Below are positions 48,561 through 61,587 of a stretch of DNA of 64,000 nt, piece by piece. Each line of letters begins with the position of its first letter. The first letter of the stretch is position 1. Location of the stretch: NCBI RefSeq assembly GCF_030144855.1, contig NC_082730.1:15314001-15378000 (forward strand). Reading direction: 5' to 3'. The translations under genes and the position numbers were made by a program. The notes below the pieces were generated by a model, which had not been told where the DNA came from, did not search any database, and saw only the letters and a list, made by a program, of their open reading frames with translations. The stretch comes from Hypanus sabinus (taxonomy: Eukaryota).

Positions 48561-48609
48561 CTCTTCGGCCCATAATGCTGTGCTGAAAATGTACTTAATT
48601 TAGAAATTA

Positions 48610-50520
48610 CCTCAGCTTACTAATAGCCCTCTATTTTTCTAAGCTCCATAGACCTATCCAGCTGTCTCTTAAAAGACCCTAATGTATCCGCTTCCACCAC
48701 CGTTGCGGCAGCCCACACTCACCACTCTCTGCATAAAAAACTTATCCCTGACATCTCCTCTGTATCTACTTCCAAACACCTTAAAACTATGCCCACTCAT
48801 GTTAGTCATTTCGGCCCTGGGAAAAAGCCTCTGACAATCATCACGATCAATGCCTCTCATCATCTTATACAGCTTATCAGGTCACCTCTCATCTTCTGCC
48901 GCTCAAAGGTGAAAACACCCCAAGTCCCCTCAACCTATTCTCATCAGCAATGCTCGCCAATCCAGGCAAAATCCTTGTAAATCTCCTCTGAACCCTTTCT
49001 ATGGTTTTCACATCTTTCCTGTAGTGAGGTGACCAGAACAAGCACATTACTCCAAGTGGTGTCTGACCAGTGTCCTCTATAGCTGTAACGTTATCTCACA
49101 GCTCTTCAACTCAATCCCACGATTGATGAAGGCCAATACCCCATATGCCTTCTTAAACACACATTCAACCGGCGCAGCAGCTTTGAGTGTCCCATGGACT
49201 CGGACCCCAAGGTCCCTCTGATCCTCCACACTGCCAAGAGTCTTTCCATTAATACGATATTCAGCCATCATATTTGACCTACCAAAATGAAACACCTCAC
49301 ACTTATCTGGGTTGAACTCCATCTGCCACTTCTCAGCCCAGTTTTGCATCCAATCGATGTCCCACTGTAATCTCTGACACCCGTCCACTCTATCCACAAC
49401 ACCTCTAACCTTTGCGTCATCAACAAATTTACTAACCCTAACCTCCACTTCCTCATCTAGGTCATTTATAAAAATCAAGAAGAGAAAGGGTCCCAGAACA
49501 GATTCCTAAGGAATACCACTGGTCACCATCCTCCATGCAGAATATGACCTGTCTACAATCACACTTTGCCTTCTGTGGGCAAGCTAGTTCTGGACCCATA
49601 AAGCAAGGTCCCTTTGGATCACATGCCTCCTTATTGTCTATTTAAGCCTTGCATGGGGCACCTTGTCAAATGCATTGCTGAAATCCACATACACTACATC
49701 TACTACTCTACCTTCATCAATATATTTAGTCACATCCTCAATAAATTCAATTAGGCATGCAAGGCATGACATGGCTTTGACAAAGCCATGCTGACTATTC
49801 CTAATCATATGATGCATCTCCAAATGTTCATTAATCCTGCCTCTCAGGATCTTCTCCATCAACTTACCAACCATTGAAATAAGACTCACAGGTCTATAAT
49901 TTCCTGAGCTATCTCTACTCCTTTTCCTGAATGAGGTAACAATATCTGCAACCTTCCAATCCTCTGGAACCGCTGCCATCCTCATTGATGATGCAAAGAT
50001 CATTGCCAGAGGCTCAGCAATCTCCTCCCTCGCTTCCCACAGTAGACTAGGGTATACCTCCTCCGATTCTGGTGACTTATACAACTTGATGCTTTCCAAA
50101 AGCTCCAGCACATCCTTTTCCTTAATGTCTAAATGCTCAAGCTTTTCAGTCCACTGTAAGTCATCCCTACAATGGCCAAGATCCTCTTCCGTAGTGAATA
50201 CTGAAGCAAAGTATTCATTAAGTACCCTTGCTCCCTTCTCCGGTTCCATACACACTTTTCCACTGTCACACTTGATTGGTTCCCTTGCTGCTCACATACT
50301 TGTAGAATTCCTTGGGGTTTTCCTTAATCCTGTTTGCCAAGACCTTCTCATGGCCCCTTCTGGTTCTTCTAAATTCATTCTTAAACTTCTTCCTAGCCTT
50401 AAAATTTTCTAGAACTCTATCATTACCTAGTTTTTTGAACTTTTCATAAGCTTTTCTTTACTTCACGACTAGATTTTCAACTGCCTTTGTACACCACAGT
50501 GCCTGTACTCTACCATCCTT
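48610..50520 (-). mobile_element. CR1-like LINE, paralogue of 7570-9140
   Basis: ORFs 49638-50255 and 49077-49478 carry RT motifs. It shares the junction ctaccatcctt...cttcgagcgtacctgtgatatttgc. Confidence 0.9.
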
Positions 50521-50650
50521 TCTGTCTTCGAGCGTACCTGTGATATTTGCATTAATGAGCAGGTGAAAATTTATACCTAATAAAGTGTCAAAAGAACGTT
50601 TGATTTTCAGATGTTCATTCAGTATCTGATTGTTTAATTCTTTCCCACAG

Positions 50651-50971
50651 AACCTGTGTCTGTTCCTGTGCTTCGATACCTGTCACCAGCAAATGTCTCA
50701 CATCTCAGGAACTCTGTATCACTTTCCTATGAGTCCTTCCAGGGATCCCTTCCCATTCAGTACAGATGGTATGAACAAACCTCATCTGGATATAGAAAGA
50801 TCTCAGATACCAATGAATTGGCTCTACATTGTCAATCCTTCAACCAGCAGCACCATCAATATTACTGCAGTGCCTCGAATTAGAAGGGAGCAAAATCCAG
50901 TGGAATGGTTAAAGTGACCGTCTTCAACAACGGAGAAATCTGCAGTTATGTGACAGAAATCAATGGCACCA
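50651..50971 (+). pseudogene. Gene 2 second C2a exon with premature stop
   Basis: Splice sites are intact. The B-strand Cys has changed to Tyr (SLSYES) and there is a TAG at 50881-50883. Confidence 0.9.
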
Positions 50972-53389
50972 GTAAGTTCTAATTTCAAGGGAGCATACAT
51001 TTAAATATTTCTTTTTGTTGCTCTGTTACTGCTACTCTTATACTTCTAGTGAGGGTAAGGAATTTCTTTGCATTTGTATAAACATTGCAGCATCCATAGG
51101 GTAGAAATGAAGTGCAGTGAACAGTTAAGTCCATCACTTCCTCCAGGAAGATGTGGATCATCACAAACATTGTTGTACTTGCATTTCCAGACAATTCGAG
51201 AACATTCCTTTCATACTTTTCTGTACGGTTTGAAAGGACTAGTATATGTGTAGAGTTGTGAGACATTAAAGCAAAACGAACAGCTTATAATATTGCAAAT
51301 ATTGGTGGGGTTGACAGAAATTTAGCAATGTCAGGGGGCATGCTTGAGTGTGGTTGCTATTACTAAGGAGAAGGTGCTTGAGAAGCTGAGGGATCTACAG
51401 GTACGTGAATTGTTTGGACCAGACCATCTACACCTCAAGGTTCTGAAAGAATTATATAAAGAAATTGTTGAGGCATTCGTGGTGACCATTCCAGAATAAT
51501 TAGACTCCGGAATATTCAAAGGACTGGAAAATTGGAAATATCACTCCACTCTTTAAGAAAGGAGGGAGGCAAAAGAGAGGAAATTGCTGACCAGTTAGCA
51601 TGACATCAGTGGTTGGGAAGGTGTTGGAGTCCATTATTAAGAACAAGATTTTGGGGTACTTCCTTATGGGGAAATCATGCCTGAAAAATCAGCCTCATAA
51701 TGCAAGGGCCTCCTTTTATTTTATTTCTTTCCTGATAGAGTACAGAGTAGGTCCTTCTGGCCCTTTGGGCCACAACACCAATGGAACTCTCGACAAATCC
51801 AATCAACTGTAACTTAATCACAGGGGACTCTGCAAAGACCAATTCTGCTAATGAGTCTGTCTTTGGACTGTGGGAGGAAACAGGACCAACTGGGAAAACA
51901 CCACACAGTCCATATGGAGGATGTACAGACTCCATACATTTAGAACAGAGATGAGGAGGATTTTCTGTAGCCAGTGTGTGTCGCATCTGTGAAATTCAAT
52001 ACCATACATGGCTTTTGAGGCCAAGTCACTGGATATAATTAAAGTGTAGCTTAATAGCTTATTTCTTAGGAAAGGTATCAAAGATTATGGGAAGAAATCA
52101 GGAGAATGATTTCTCGAAATAGAATGGAATTATAAATCAGCCTTGATGGAATAATGGAGCAGACTGTATGGGCCAAATGGCCTAATTCTCCTCCTATGTC
52201 TTATGGTCTCTCTGTCTATGGTCATCACCAGCTTGTGACTATCTGAGCAGCCCAGTTAAATTACTAACTGTTGAAACTGAGTTTCTGGATGTTGAATAAA
52301 AAACTTCACTCACTTTGAGACATGAGCAGGTAATCCATTACTTCTGTTTGAGTTTATGTACGATATGAACAAGGCTGCTGTTTTTCATGATTCCAGCAAG
52401 GACGATAAACCTTCAATTCCCTTTTAAAGCACGAAAGGAATGCCAGTCCAAGGTGAGGGATGGGCTGGTGTTCAGTTTGCTGCACCCCGAGGTTTATTTG
52501 TCTTTATGGTGAACTGCGGCTGTGGCTTGCAATTAACGGGCTCCTGAATTGGTTAGAATGATGATTGGCTTCTTGCCTGTGGGCCTCAGTATTTTGAATT
52601 TCAGTTCCAAATGTTATTTGCTTTCTTTGATTTGCACTTTTTTCTGCACACTGTGTGTTCGATGGACTTTTTTTTAATGGGTTCAATTTTTTTTTGTTTT
52701 ATGTTTGCCTGGAAGGAGGTAAATCTCAAGGATGTATATGGTACAGATTCTTTGATAATAAATGTACTTTGAACTTTGAATTTTGAAATTGAAGTGCAAT
52801 CTGATTGGCTGTGATTCCATAAGCTGTCAGATCTATGTAATGAAATAGAATTCTGAACTTAACCTTTCAAAAGTGTGGTCCAGTTTAGAGAGGATACTGC
52901 AAAGTTAAGGAGTTATAGGTTATGGAAACAGGAACTTCACCTCAAATTGTCCATGCTGACATTAGTGTCTTCCTGAGCTTCTCCCATTTCCCTGCAATTG
53001 GCCTTTATCCTTCTAAAACTGTCCTCTACATGAACTTGTCCAAACGTATTTTAAATAGTGTATTTGTACTCATCTCTAGCACTTCCTCTAGAAATTTTTC
53101 CCGATGGTACACCACTGGTGATAAAGCCTGGTTTTGTTAGAAAACCAACACTCCACCACCACAATCTGACTCCTTCCACCAGGCCTATTCAGTATACATC
53201 CAGCTAGCTTACCATGTGAGCTCACATTCCAGATCGGTCTACTATGCAACGTATAGTCTTCAGCCTTGCTAAACTCAACTGCTAAACTCTAAGGTCCTCA
53301 TCAGTTCCTTTCATCATTTCTCAAAGAAAACGCAGTCAAATATTTTTGACCGAGGATTTCCCATGCATAAAATCATGTTCACTGTCCAA

Positions 53390-53529
53390 AATCAGAGATA
53401 ATGCATCCCAGGGAATACTTACTGTTACTATGGAGAATCTTGTCTCTCAAGATACAGGACTTCACAGATGTAGAATTACAACATCTGGCAGTCATCCAGT
53501 GTTTGATGTACATCTGCAAGTATCTGACG
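53390..53529 (+). pseudogene. Gene 2 V exon, 3' part only
   Basis: IRDNASQGILTVTMENL...DTGLHRC...LQVSD G|gtaggt, fused to upstream intron sequence at aatcaga. Confidence 0.85.
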
Positions 53530-53699
53530 GTAGGTTTCACATTGACTGACTTGACGTCTCCACTGAAATGGCTGATTCATATTTTCCTGGGAAGAGTCAG
53601 GAATATCTGGAAGCTCCTCAGCAGTACAGAGCCCTACAGCAAGTGGACAAGGATAAATAAACCCCTCTCATGTTGCTCTCACCCAGTGGAGGGTCTGAC

Positions 53700-54235
53700 C
53701 CACTGATGGAACACCAATTTCCAGTGAAAGCTCAGCATATTTTCCCGCCTCTGAACTCCAGGAAATGTCACCCTGTCAGAGGAGGAGCTGTTCGCTATCC
53801 TGAGGCATATCAGTGTGGATCTATCCCCAGGGCATGCTAAGGTGTTCCCTCAGACCTCATGGGAGACACGTGCAGAAAATACCTGGGCCCTGACAATCAT
53901 ATTTAAACTATTCTTAGCAACAGGAGAGGTAACAGAGGGCCAGGGAGTAGCCAATGTTGTTCTGCTAATTAAAAAAGGCTCTAAGCATAAATTAGGAAAT
54001 TGTAGGGCAGTGAATCTCACATCAGTTGCTGGAAAGTTACTGGGATGTATTCTCAGTGACCGGATAGATATATCATATTTGGACAGACCTGGGCTGATTA
54101 AGAATAGTCATCATGGCTTCGTGTGTGGTAGTACGTGTCTAATCAAACTTACAGATTTTATCGAGGAGGTTACCAGGAAAGTGGATAAAGGGAAGGCAGT
54201 GGATGTTGTTTACGTAGACTTTTACAAGACATTTA
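53700..54235 (+). mobile_element. CR1 fragment, paralogue of 880-1410
   Basis: ORF 53815-54246 aligns closely with ORF 1044-1409. Confidence 0.8.
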
Positions 54236-54529
54236 CCCTCTACTGAACATCCACATCCTTTCCACAGGGTTGCAAACAGAACTACTTATTATTGCTCTCA
54301 ATGTGACCTACCCAAAGTTTTATCAAACTACAAGATGCCTTGTCAGCTTTAGTCTCCAACATCAATGAAATTGAATTGCCTCTATCCCTAATATCCTTCA
54401 CATACATGAGGAGTAAAAACATTTATGTTGTGTCTCCGTCTGAATCTGAAATATGCAATTTATAGTCATTTGTAGCAAATAGTATGTGCAACAGAACAAT
54501 CAATATAGCATAGACATACAATTGTATCA

Positions 54530-55205
54530 GCATGAATTCATCAGTGTAGTGGCCTGGTGGAAGAAGCTGTCCCAGAGACTGTTGGTCCTGGTTTTAATGC
54601 TACGGTACCATTTCTAGGATGGTTGCAGGTGGAACAGTTTGTAATTGGGACAACTTGGGTCCCCAAAGATCTTTTGGGCCCATGTCTGTCACTGTAAATG
54701 TCCTGAATAGTGGACAGTTCACATCCACAGATGCACTGGTCTGTCCGCACCATTCTCTACTGAGTCCTGAGATTGAGTGAAGTACAGTTGCATCTGCAGC
54801 AGTGATGCAGCCAGTCAGGATGCTCTCAGTTGTGCCCCTGTAGAAAGCCCTTAGGATTTGGGAACTCTTACCAAACTTCCTCAACTGTCTGAGTTGAAAG
54901 AGGTGGTGTTGGGCACTTTTCACCACTCAGCTGGTCCTCGGTGATATGTATACTGAGGAACGTAAAGCTGTTTACCCTCTCAGCCCCAGATCCATTGATG
55001 TCAATAGGGGTGAGCCTGTCTCCGATTCTCCTGTAGTCCACAACCAGCTCCCTGGTTTTTGCGACATTGAAGGAGAGGTTGTTTTCTTGACACTACTGTG
55101 TCAGGATGACGATCTCTTCTCAGTTGGCTGCCTTGTTATTATTTGAGATAAAGCCAGTCAATGTATTGTCATTGGCTAATTTAATTAGCAGATTGGAGCT
55201 GTGAG
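54530..55205 (-). mobile_element. Rex/Babar-like LINE 3' fragment
   Basis: ORF 54600-54926 (VKSAQHHLFQLRQLRKFG...FYRGTTESILTGCIT) resembles the Rex1/Babar RT C-terminus. Confidence 0.7.
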
Positions 55206-55679
55206 TCCAATAGCCAGGAGCCATCCCAATAAATCTGTTCTGAACTTCCTCCAATCAGTATATCCATCCTTAATCTGGATGAATAAAATTATGCAGAGTA
55301 CTCCAGGCATGGTCTCAACAACACCGCCTGCAGTGCAACAGGAATTCATTCTATCAAAACTCCAAACCTCTTGCAATAAAGGACTGTACACCATTTGCTT
55401 TCCTTGAAAACTATCATGCAAAAACTCTTTTTTCTATTTGCTCAGAAGACAACCGGATGCTTTTTTTCACTCATTTGCAGTTTTTTTTATAATATTGTAC
55501 TGAAGATAACAGTTTGTTTTAGGTTCCCTACACTGAGATTCATGACCTCATATTGTCCCATTGACCATGTTTTGGCTCCACGTTCATTCATCTATCTATA
55601 TACATTTGTGCAGCCCTTATATCATCATCAACCCACATTTTTTAATGTCATTTGCAATGTAGTGGTTACTTTAACACAA

Positions 55680-56555
55680 ACCAAAAACACATCCACGTGA
55701 TATTGAGTTTTTATTCCTTGCCTCAACAGGACATGAATTTTCTTTTACAACAGTGTCATCTGCAAGGTAAATCACTTGATTCAGTTTTGCGCAATGGTAC
55801 AATGTTCTCACTGCTAGTTCTATGTTTGGCCCTTTCTGATATTATGCTGTCTGTTCTCTGAGTCTTCTCCCTTCTTCTTGCACACAGAAAAGGGAAATGG
55901 GACTAATACAACCAGGTGGAATTAGCTCAGGCAGGTCAGTGTGTCTGAGTTGTGCAGAAGGGCCTGTTCCCGTACTGTATAACTCTCTGATGCTCAATGA
56001 CATTTGTCTGACCAATATGAGAACAGGAACAGAAGAGATTCTGCAGATGCTGGACAACAAGAGCAACATATACAAAATGGTGGAGGAAATCAGCAGGTCA
56101 GGCAGCATCAATGAATCAAATCAACAGTTGATGTTTCAGGCAGAGACCCTCATCAGAAATGTCAACTGTTTATTCATTTCCGTACATACTGCCAGACCTG
56201 ATGAGTTCTCTCAGCATTTTCTAATAAACTAGAGCAGCTTTGCCACTGAGAACAGAAACATGATCCTGTTGTATGACTCTCTGACATTTGTCTGCCAAAT
56301 ATGACATCATGCACTCTTGCTTGACCCCATTCGGAAAACAAATCCACGTGAGACTGACTTTTTATTCCTTGCCTCAACAGGACGTGAATATTCATTTCCA
56401 ACAGTGTCATCTGCAAGATAAATCACTTGATTCAGTTTTGCACAATGGTACAATGTTCTCACTGCTAAATCTATGTTTGGCCCTTTCTGATATTATGCTG
56501 TCTGTTCTCTGAGACCAAGCAGTCTGAGTCTTCTCCCTTCTTCTTGCACACTTTA
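55680..56555 (+). repeat. Local duplication of ~210 bp (55680-55890 and 56335-56555)
   Basis: Long near-identical stretch ttttattccttgcctcaacaggac...tattatgctgtctgttctctgag...cttcttcttgcacac. Confidence 0.85.
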
Positions 56556-57139
56556 TCTCTATGAAGAGCCATTCAACATTGCTTTTTTTCCCAATGCATT
56601 AATTTGTTTTATGCCGACATCATTGTTTAAATCACAATAACATACATTTTATTGTTTTTACACCTTCTAGCTTTTTATGCATGCTCTGGGTGATTGATCC
56701 TGCAGTTATTCCAATTTGCAAATTCTCTTATTGGCTTTTGGATTTGTTATGAAATTTGTTGAACTTAATTCCTCCATCCCCACATAAACACCAGTCCAGG
56801 AATAATGAATTGTATTTTTTCTGATCAACAATGTTTATCATTCTCAGTTCCATATTCATTCATTTATTTTGTGACGTGTCGTATAATGTGGATGATCATG
56901 GTCTTTCCATGACTATGATTGTTTTGGCAAATTTTTCTACAGAAGTTATTTACCATTAACCTCCTATGGGCAGTGTCTCTATAAGACAGGTTATCCCAGC
57001 CATTATCAATACACTTTAGCGATTGTCTGCCTGGCATCATTGGTCGCATAGCCAGCTGCTCATATGACCATCCAGCACCTGCTCCAATGGCTTCATGTCA
57101 CCCACATACGTAGAGCTAAACAAATGCTACTCCTTGCCC

Positions 57140-59120
57140 AAGGGTGACCAGCAGACAAGCAGAGGGAAGGAGTACCTTAGATTGTGTGTTGTATAATAAC
57201 CCAAAACTTATTAGGGTGTTTAATGTAAAGGAAGCCTTAAGAAGCAGTGATCATAATATGATTGAATTCATACTGCAATCTGAGAGGAAGAAGCATAACT
57301 CATATGTACCAGTATCGCAATGGAAGAAGTGAATTACAGAGGCATGAGAGAAGAGTTTGTGTGGATAGATTGGAGGAGGATACCGGCAGGGATGACAGCA
57401 GAGCAGAAATGGCTGAATTTTCACAAGGCACAGGATAGATACGTCCCACAGAGGAAGAAGTTATCATATGACAGGGGTCGGCAACTGTGGCTGACAAAGG
57501 AAGTTAAGGACTGCATTAAAGCCATGGAAAGAGCATATTAGGTAGCAAAGGTGAGTGGGTAGTTGGATGATTGGTGAGCTTTCAAGATCCAAAATAAGGC
57601 AACTAAAAAAGCTATAAGTGAAAAGATAAATTTTGATGGCAGACCAGTCAATAATATATAACAGGTTCCCAAAAGTTTTTTCAGTTATATAAGGAGTAAA
57701 AGGGAGGAGAGAGATGATATTGGACCACAGAAAAGTTATACTGGTGAGCTAGTAATGGGGGGCAAAGAAATGGCAAATGAACTTCATCGGTACTTTGCAT
57801 CTGTCTTCATTATGGAAGATACTAGCAGTGGGCCAGAGGTCCGTGAGTGTTAAGGAGCAGGAGTGGGTCTCATTGCTATTAGAAAGGAAAAATTGCTAGG
57901 CAAACTCAAAGGACTTAACATGGATAAGACACCTTGACCAGATGGACTACATCCCACAGTCCTGAGAGAGGTTGCTGAAGAGATAACAGATTCATTGGTC
58001 ATGATCATTCAAGAATCATTTGATTCTGGCATGGTCCCAGAGGAATGTAAAGTTGCAACTGTAACTGATTCCCTTCAGAGAAACAGTTTCTCTGAAGGGA
58101 AATCTTTCCTGGCAAATCTATTAGAGTTCTTACAGGAAGTAACAAGCAGGATGGCGAAAAGGGAGGCAGTGGATGTCATTTACTTGGACTTTCAAAGGCA
58201 ATTGATGAGGTGCCACACATGAGGCTGCTTAACAGGATAAAATCCTATGGGTTTACAGTCAAGATACTGGCATGGATAGCAGAATGGCTGACAGGCAAGA
58301 AGCAGCAAATGGGAATAAGAGGGGCCTTTTCTGGTTGGCTACCAGTGACCTGAGGTGTTCCTCAGGGGTCAGTATTGGACTGCAATTTTTCACATTGTTT
58401 CTCAATGATTTAGATAATGGAGTTGATGGCTTTGTGGCAAAGTTTGTGGATGATAGAAAGCAATGCAATTGCAGCAGGACTTAGACCAAATTAGAATAAT
58501 GGACAAAATGTGGCAGATGGAATACAGTATTGGGAAATGTATGATAATGCATTTTTTAAAAGGAACAATAGTGCACATTAAAATCTAACTGGAGAATAGT
58601 TTCAATCATCATAGCTGCAGAAGGACTTAGGAGACCTTGTGTAAGACTCCCAGAAGGTTAATTTACAGTATGAACCTGTGGTAAAGAAGGCAAATGCAAT
58701 GTTGTCATTTCTTTTAAGGAGAATAGAATATAAAAGCAAAGAGATAATGTTGAGTGTTTATAAGATTCTAATCAGGCTGCACTTGGAATATTGTCTGCAG
58801 TTTTGTGTCGCAAATCTCAGAAAGAATATGTTGTTTTTGGAGAGAATCTAGAGGAAGTTCACGAGGATGATTCCTGGAATGAAGGGCTTAACATAGGAGG
58901 AGCCTCTGGCAGCTTTGGGCCTGTACTAAATGGAATTTAGAGCAAAGCGTGGGGATTTCATGAAACCTACAAAATGCAGAAAGGAATAGATCAGGTGGAT
59001 GTGGAGTGAATGTTTCCTATTGTGGGGGTATAGATAGCACAGCCTCAAAATTGAGGTCTGGCCCTTTAGAACAGAGGTAAGGAGGAATGAATGGCCTAAT
59101 TCTGCTCCTTTGTCTTAGGG
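57140..59120 (+). mobile_element. Older degenerate CR1-like LINE
   Basis: SSDHNMIEF endonuclease text, VDVIYLDFQ RT text and a 3' tail shared with 29203-29690. Confidence 0.8.
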
Positions 59121-59417
59121 TCTTACTCCTCCGTCGTTAGAGATGTATTTCCACCCCCAACACTATATTAATCATTCTAATTTGTCTGCATTATTTCATG
59201 TCCCTTCTCCCTTTCATCATCAGTCACACGTCATTTATTATCTTTCACATTTATCCACGTGGAATCTATCACTGTCTTCCTTACAGCAGTGTCCACTTCC
59301 TTCAATTGTATCTCTTTATCATCATCACACCTCTGCACATCACTATTTCCCTCTCTTGCTTTCCAAAATATATTTTCATTTTGCAATTTTTGATTCACAG
59401 TCTTCATTTTTCTGCAG

Positions 59418-59456
59418 TCATGCCCCAGTAATTAAATCTGTAACTGATCATCAAAG
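59418..59456 (+). pseudogene. Gene 2 mini-stalk exon (frame open, orphaned)
   Basis: ttttctgcag|T CAT GCC CCA...CAA AG|gttatt, reading HAPVIKSVTDHQ. Confidence 0.55.
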
Positions 59457-59636
59457 GTTATTTTCTTTCTTCCTCTCAGTCGAACAGTAGTTTAGTCTCC
59501 TGTTTCAACCCCCGGCTCAGCTGCTTTACCTCACTCCACTCCACTGAGATTACAGTTGAAACAGAAGGCAAATGTTTCAAACGCAAAGCCACCTCATTTC
59601 CTCGCACCGATTCTATATCTCTTCCCCTTTACTCAG

Positions 59637-59727
59637 TTTCACGATGTGGAAGGTGGGTCGTTGGCTGCTCCTCACTCTCTTGATGACCAGCACGATTTCA
59701 GTCATGTGGTTCACAAGAGTAATGAAG
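59637..59727 (+). pseudogene. Gene 2 Arg-containing TM exon (frame open, orphaned)
   Basis: Acceptor cttcccctttactcag|, donor AAG|gtaagc. Reads FTMWKVGRWLLLTLLMTSTISVMWFTRVMK. Candidate tails at 59812-59868 and 59927-59977. Confidence 0.75.
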
Positions 59728-61587
59728 GTAAGCTTATGGACACCACTGGAATCGCTTTCAAATATACTGATCATGATACAGCTCAGCTTTGCCATGATCT
59801 CTTGTGTGTAGAAAAATTCATGTCGATGTTTGGAATGCTTATTTCAGACGGAATTTCATAGTGAATGAAATAAAGCAGAGATCCCTTTGTTGGAGAATCT
59901 GATGGGTTGGCCCTTGCTTTTTGCAGAGTCGTGATGAATCTGATCCTCACTGCATGGTGGTCCAGGAGGTAAAGTGAAGACTCACAGATTACACTGACTG
60001 TGTTGGAATTTTGTACAAGATCAGATATTACTTTTTCTGCCCACTTTGTGCTGTGAGAATTCAACTGTTGACTCCATGAAGACAAAAAAAATAACTAGAC
60101 AATGTCATCATCCTTCAAGGCAGTGACTTTGACTTTTGAATTCCTTCTCCAACATGTTACCCTCATTGATATCAATATTACAGCAGTTTTCCCAAACACA
60201 GCAAAAAATTTAAACCTTATGTACCTTTGAACAGATTAATACCCTTTTCCACTGTTAAACTTTCTTCTATGGATTCAAATGGCTGCAGATGTTGTTTATT
60301 CTAATAACCAATGAATGATAATCAATTAAAATGCTTCTTCATAAACTGTTATTATCTGTTTATGTTTTGATCTGAAATGCATTCATGGGAAATAGATCAC
60401 ATTCAAGCTCTTAGACTTCCCTTTGCTGTCCACAGTTGTGAATCTTCAGTAAAGTGAAATGGTTAATCACATCAGAACAAATTTATGAAGTATTAGCTCA
60501 ACTTTTATCTCTACAGAAGCTGTCTGACCTACTGGGTATTTCTATTATTCACAGATCTCATTTCATGGCTCATAGTTCAATTTTTATTGTCATTCAACCA
60601 CTATACATGAATCTGCATGAATACAGACGAATGAAACAGTGTTACTCTGGGACAAGTACAAAACATAGTACCAATAGTCACACACAACACATTGCAGCCA
60701 CAACACTTTTAGAATATTAGGAAAATACAGCCATGATGTTTGAAAATGCCAGCATCTTATTTTGGATCTTGTGTAGAAATATTGATCCATAGCAGTGATT
60801 GCTGTGAAGAATTATTCAATACGGGTACAATTGATGTCACTGTATAAGGGTGTTAAAGGACAAAGATCAATAGGAAGTAATATAGGGAGCGGAATACAAT
60901 GAGAGATGCACAACATGATGCATCTTGTATCAGTCAACAGGGTGTGAAATTCCAAACAGGAGATGTTGTGTATCTCAAAGCTGATCTGTGAATTTAACGC
61001 AAGATTGTACAGTAATTCATCTTATTTAAAAATGAAAGCAGGAAAATGCCATTTTTTGTAATCATGAAGTTAGAAAACATAGATTGCTCACCCTAATCAG
61101 GTACAAATGATCAGGTGACATAATATCTTTCACCTAATTTGTGAGAAACTGATGCAATATGACCAGAGTCTGTTTTGAGTTCATAACCTCTTCAAGTCAC
61201 GGTTATCTAATGAATTTGGGTAGACTTGGAATTGAAAGCTGTGAAAAAGTTTTATTTAACCTCATTATTTTGAGCTGCTTTTCCTATACAATTAGCTAAC
61301 GTTGCTAATTTAAATTTATACCCTGTGATTAAGCATTCTTTACAAACTTGGCTCCAGTTCTGTAATTTTTTTAACCTCAAAAAATTTAAACTTTGTAGTT
61401 TAATTGATTGAAATTACTTTTTTAAGCCTTCTTTGTGTGATCCAATTTTTTTTACTTTGGAAAAATAAAGGTATTAATTCTTTTTTGGATCTATTTAAAG
61501 AAGATAGACTGATATCTTTTGAACAATTCGTTCATAAATATTCTCTTTCCTATTCATGTTTTACAATACCTTCAAGTTAGACATTTC

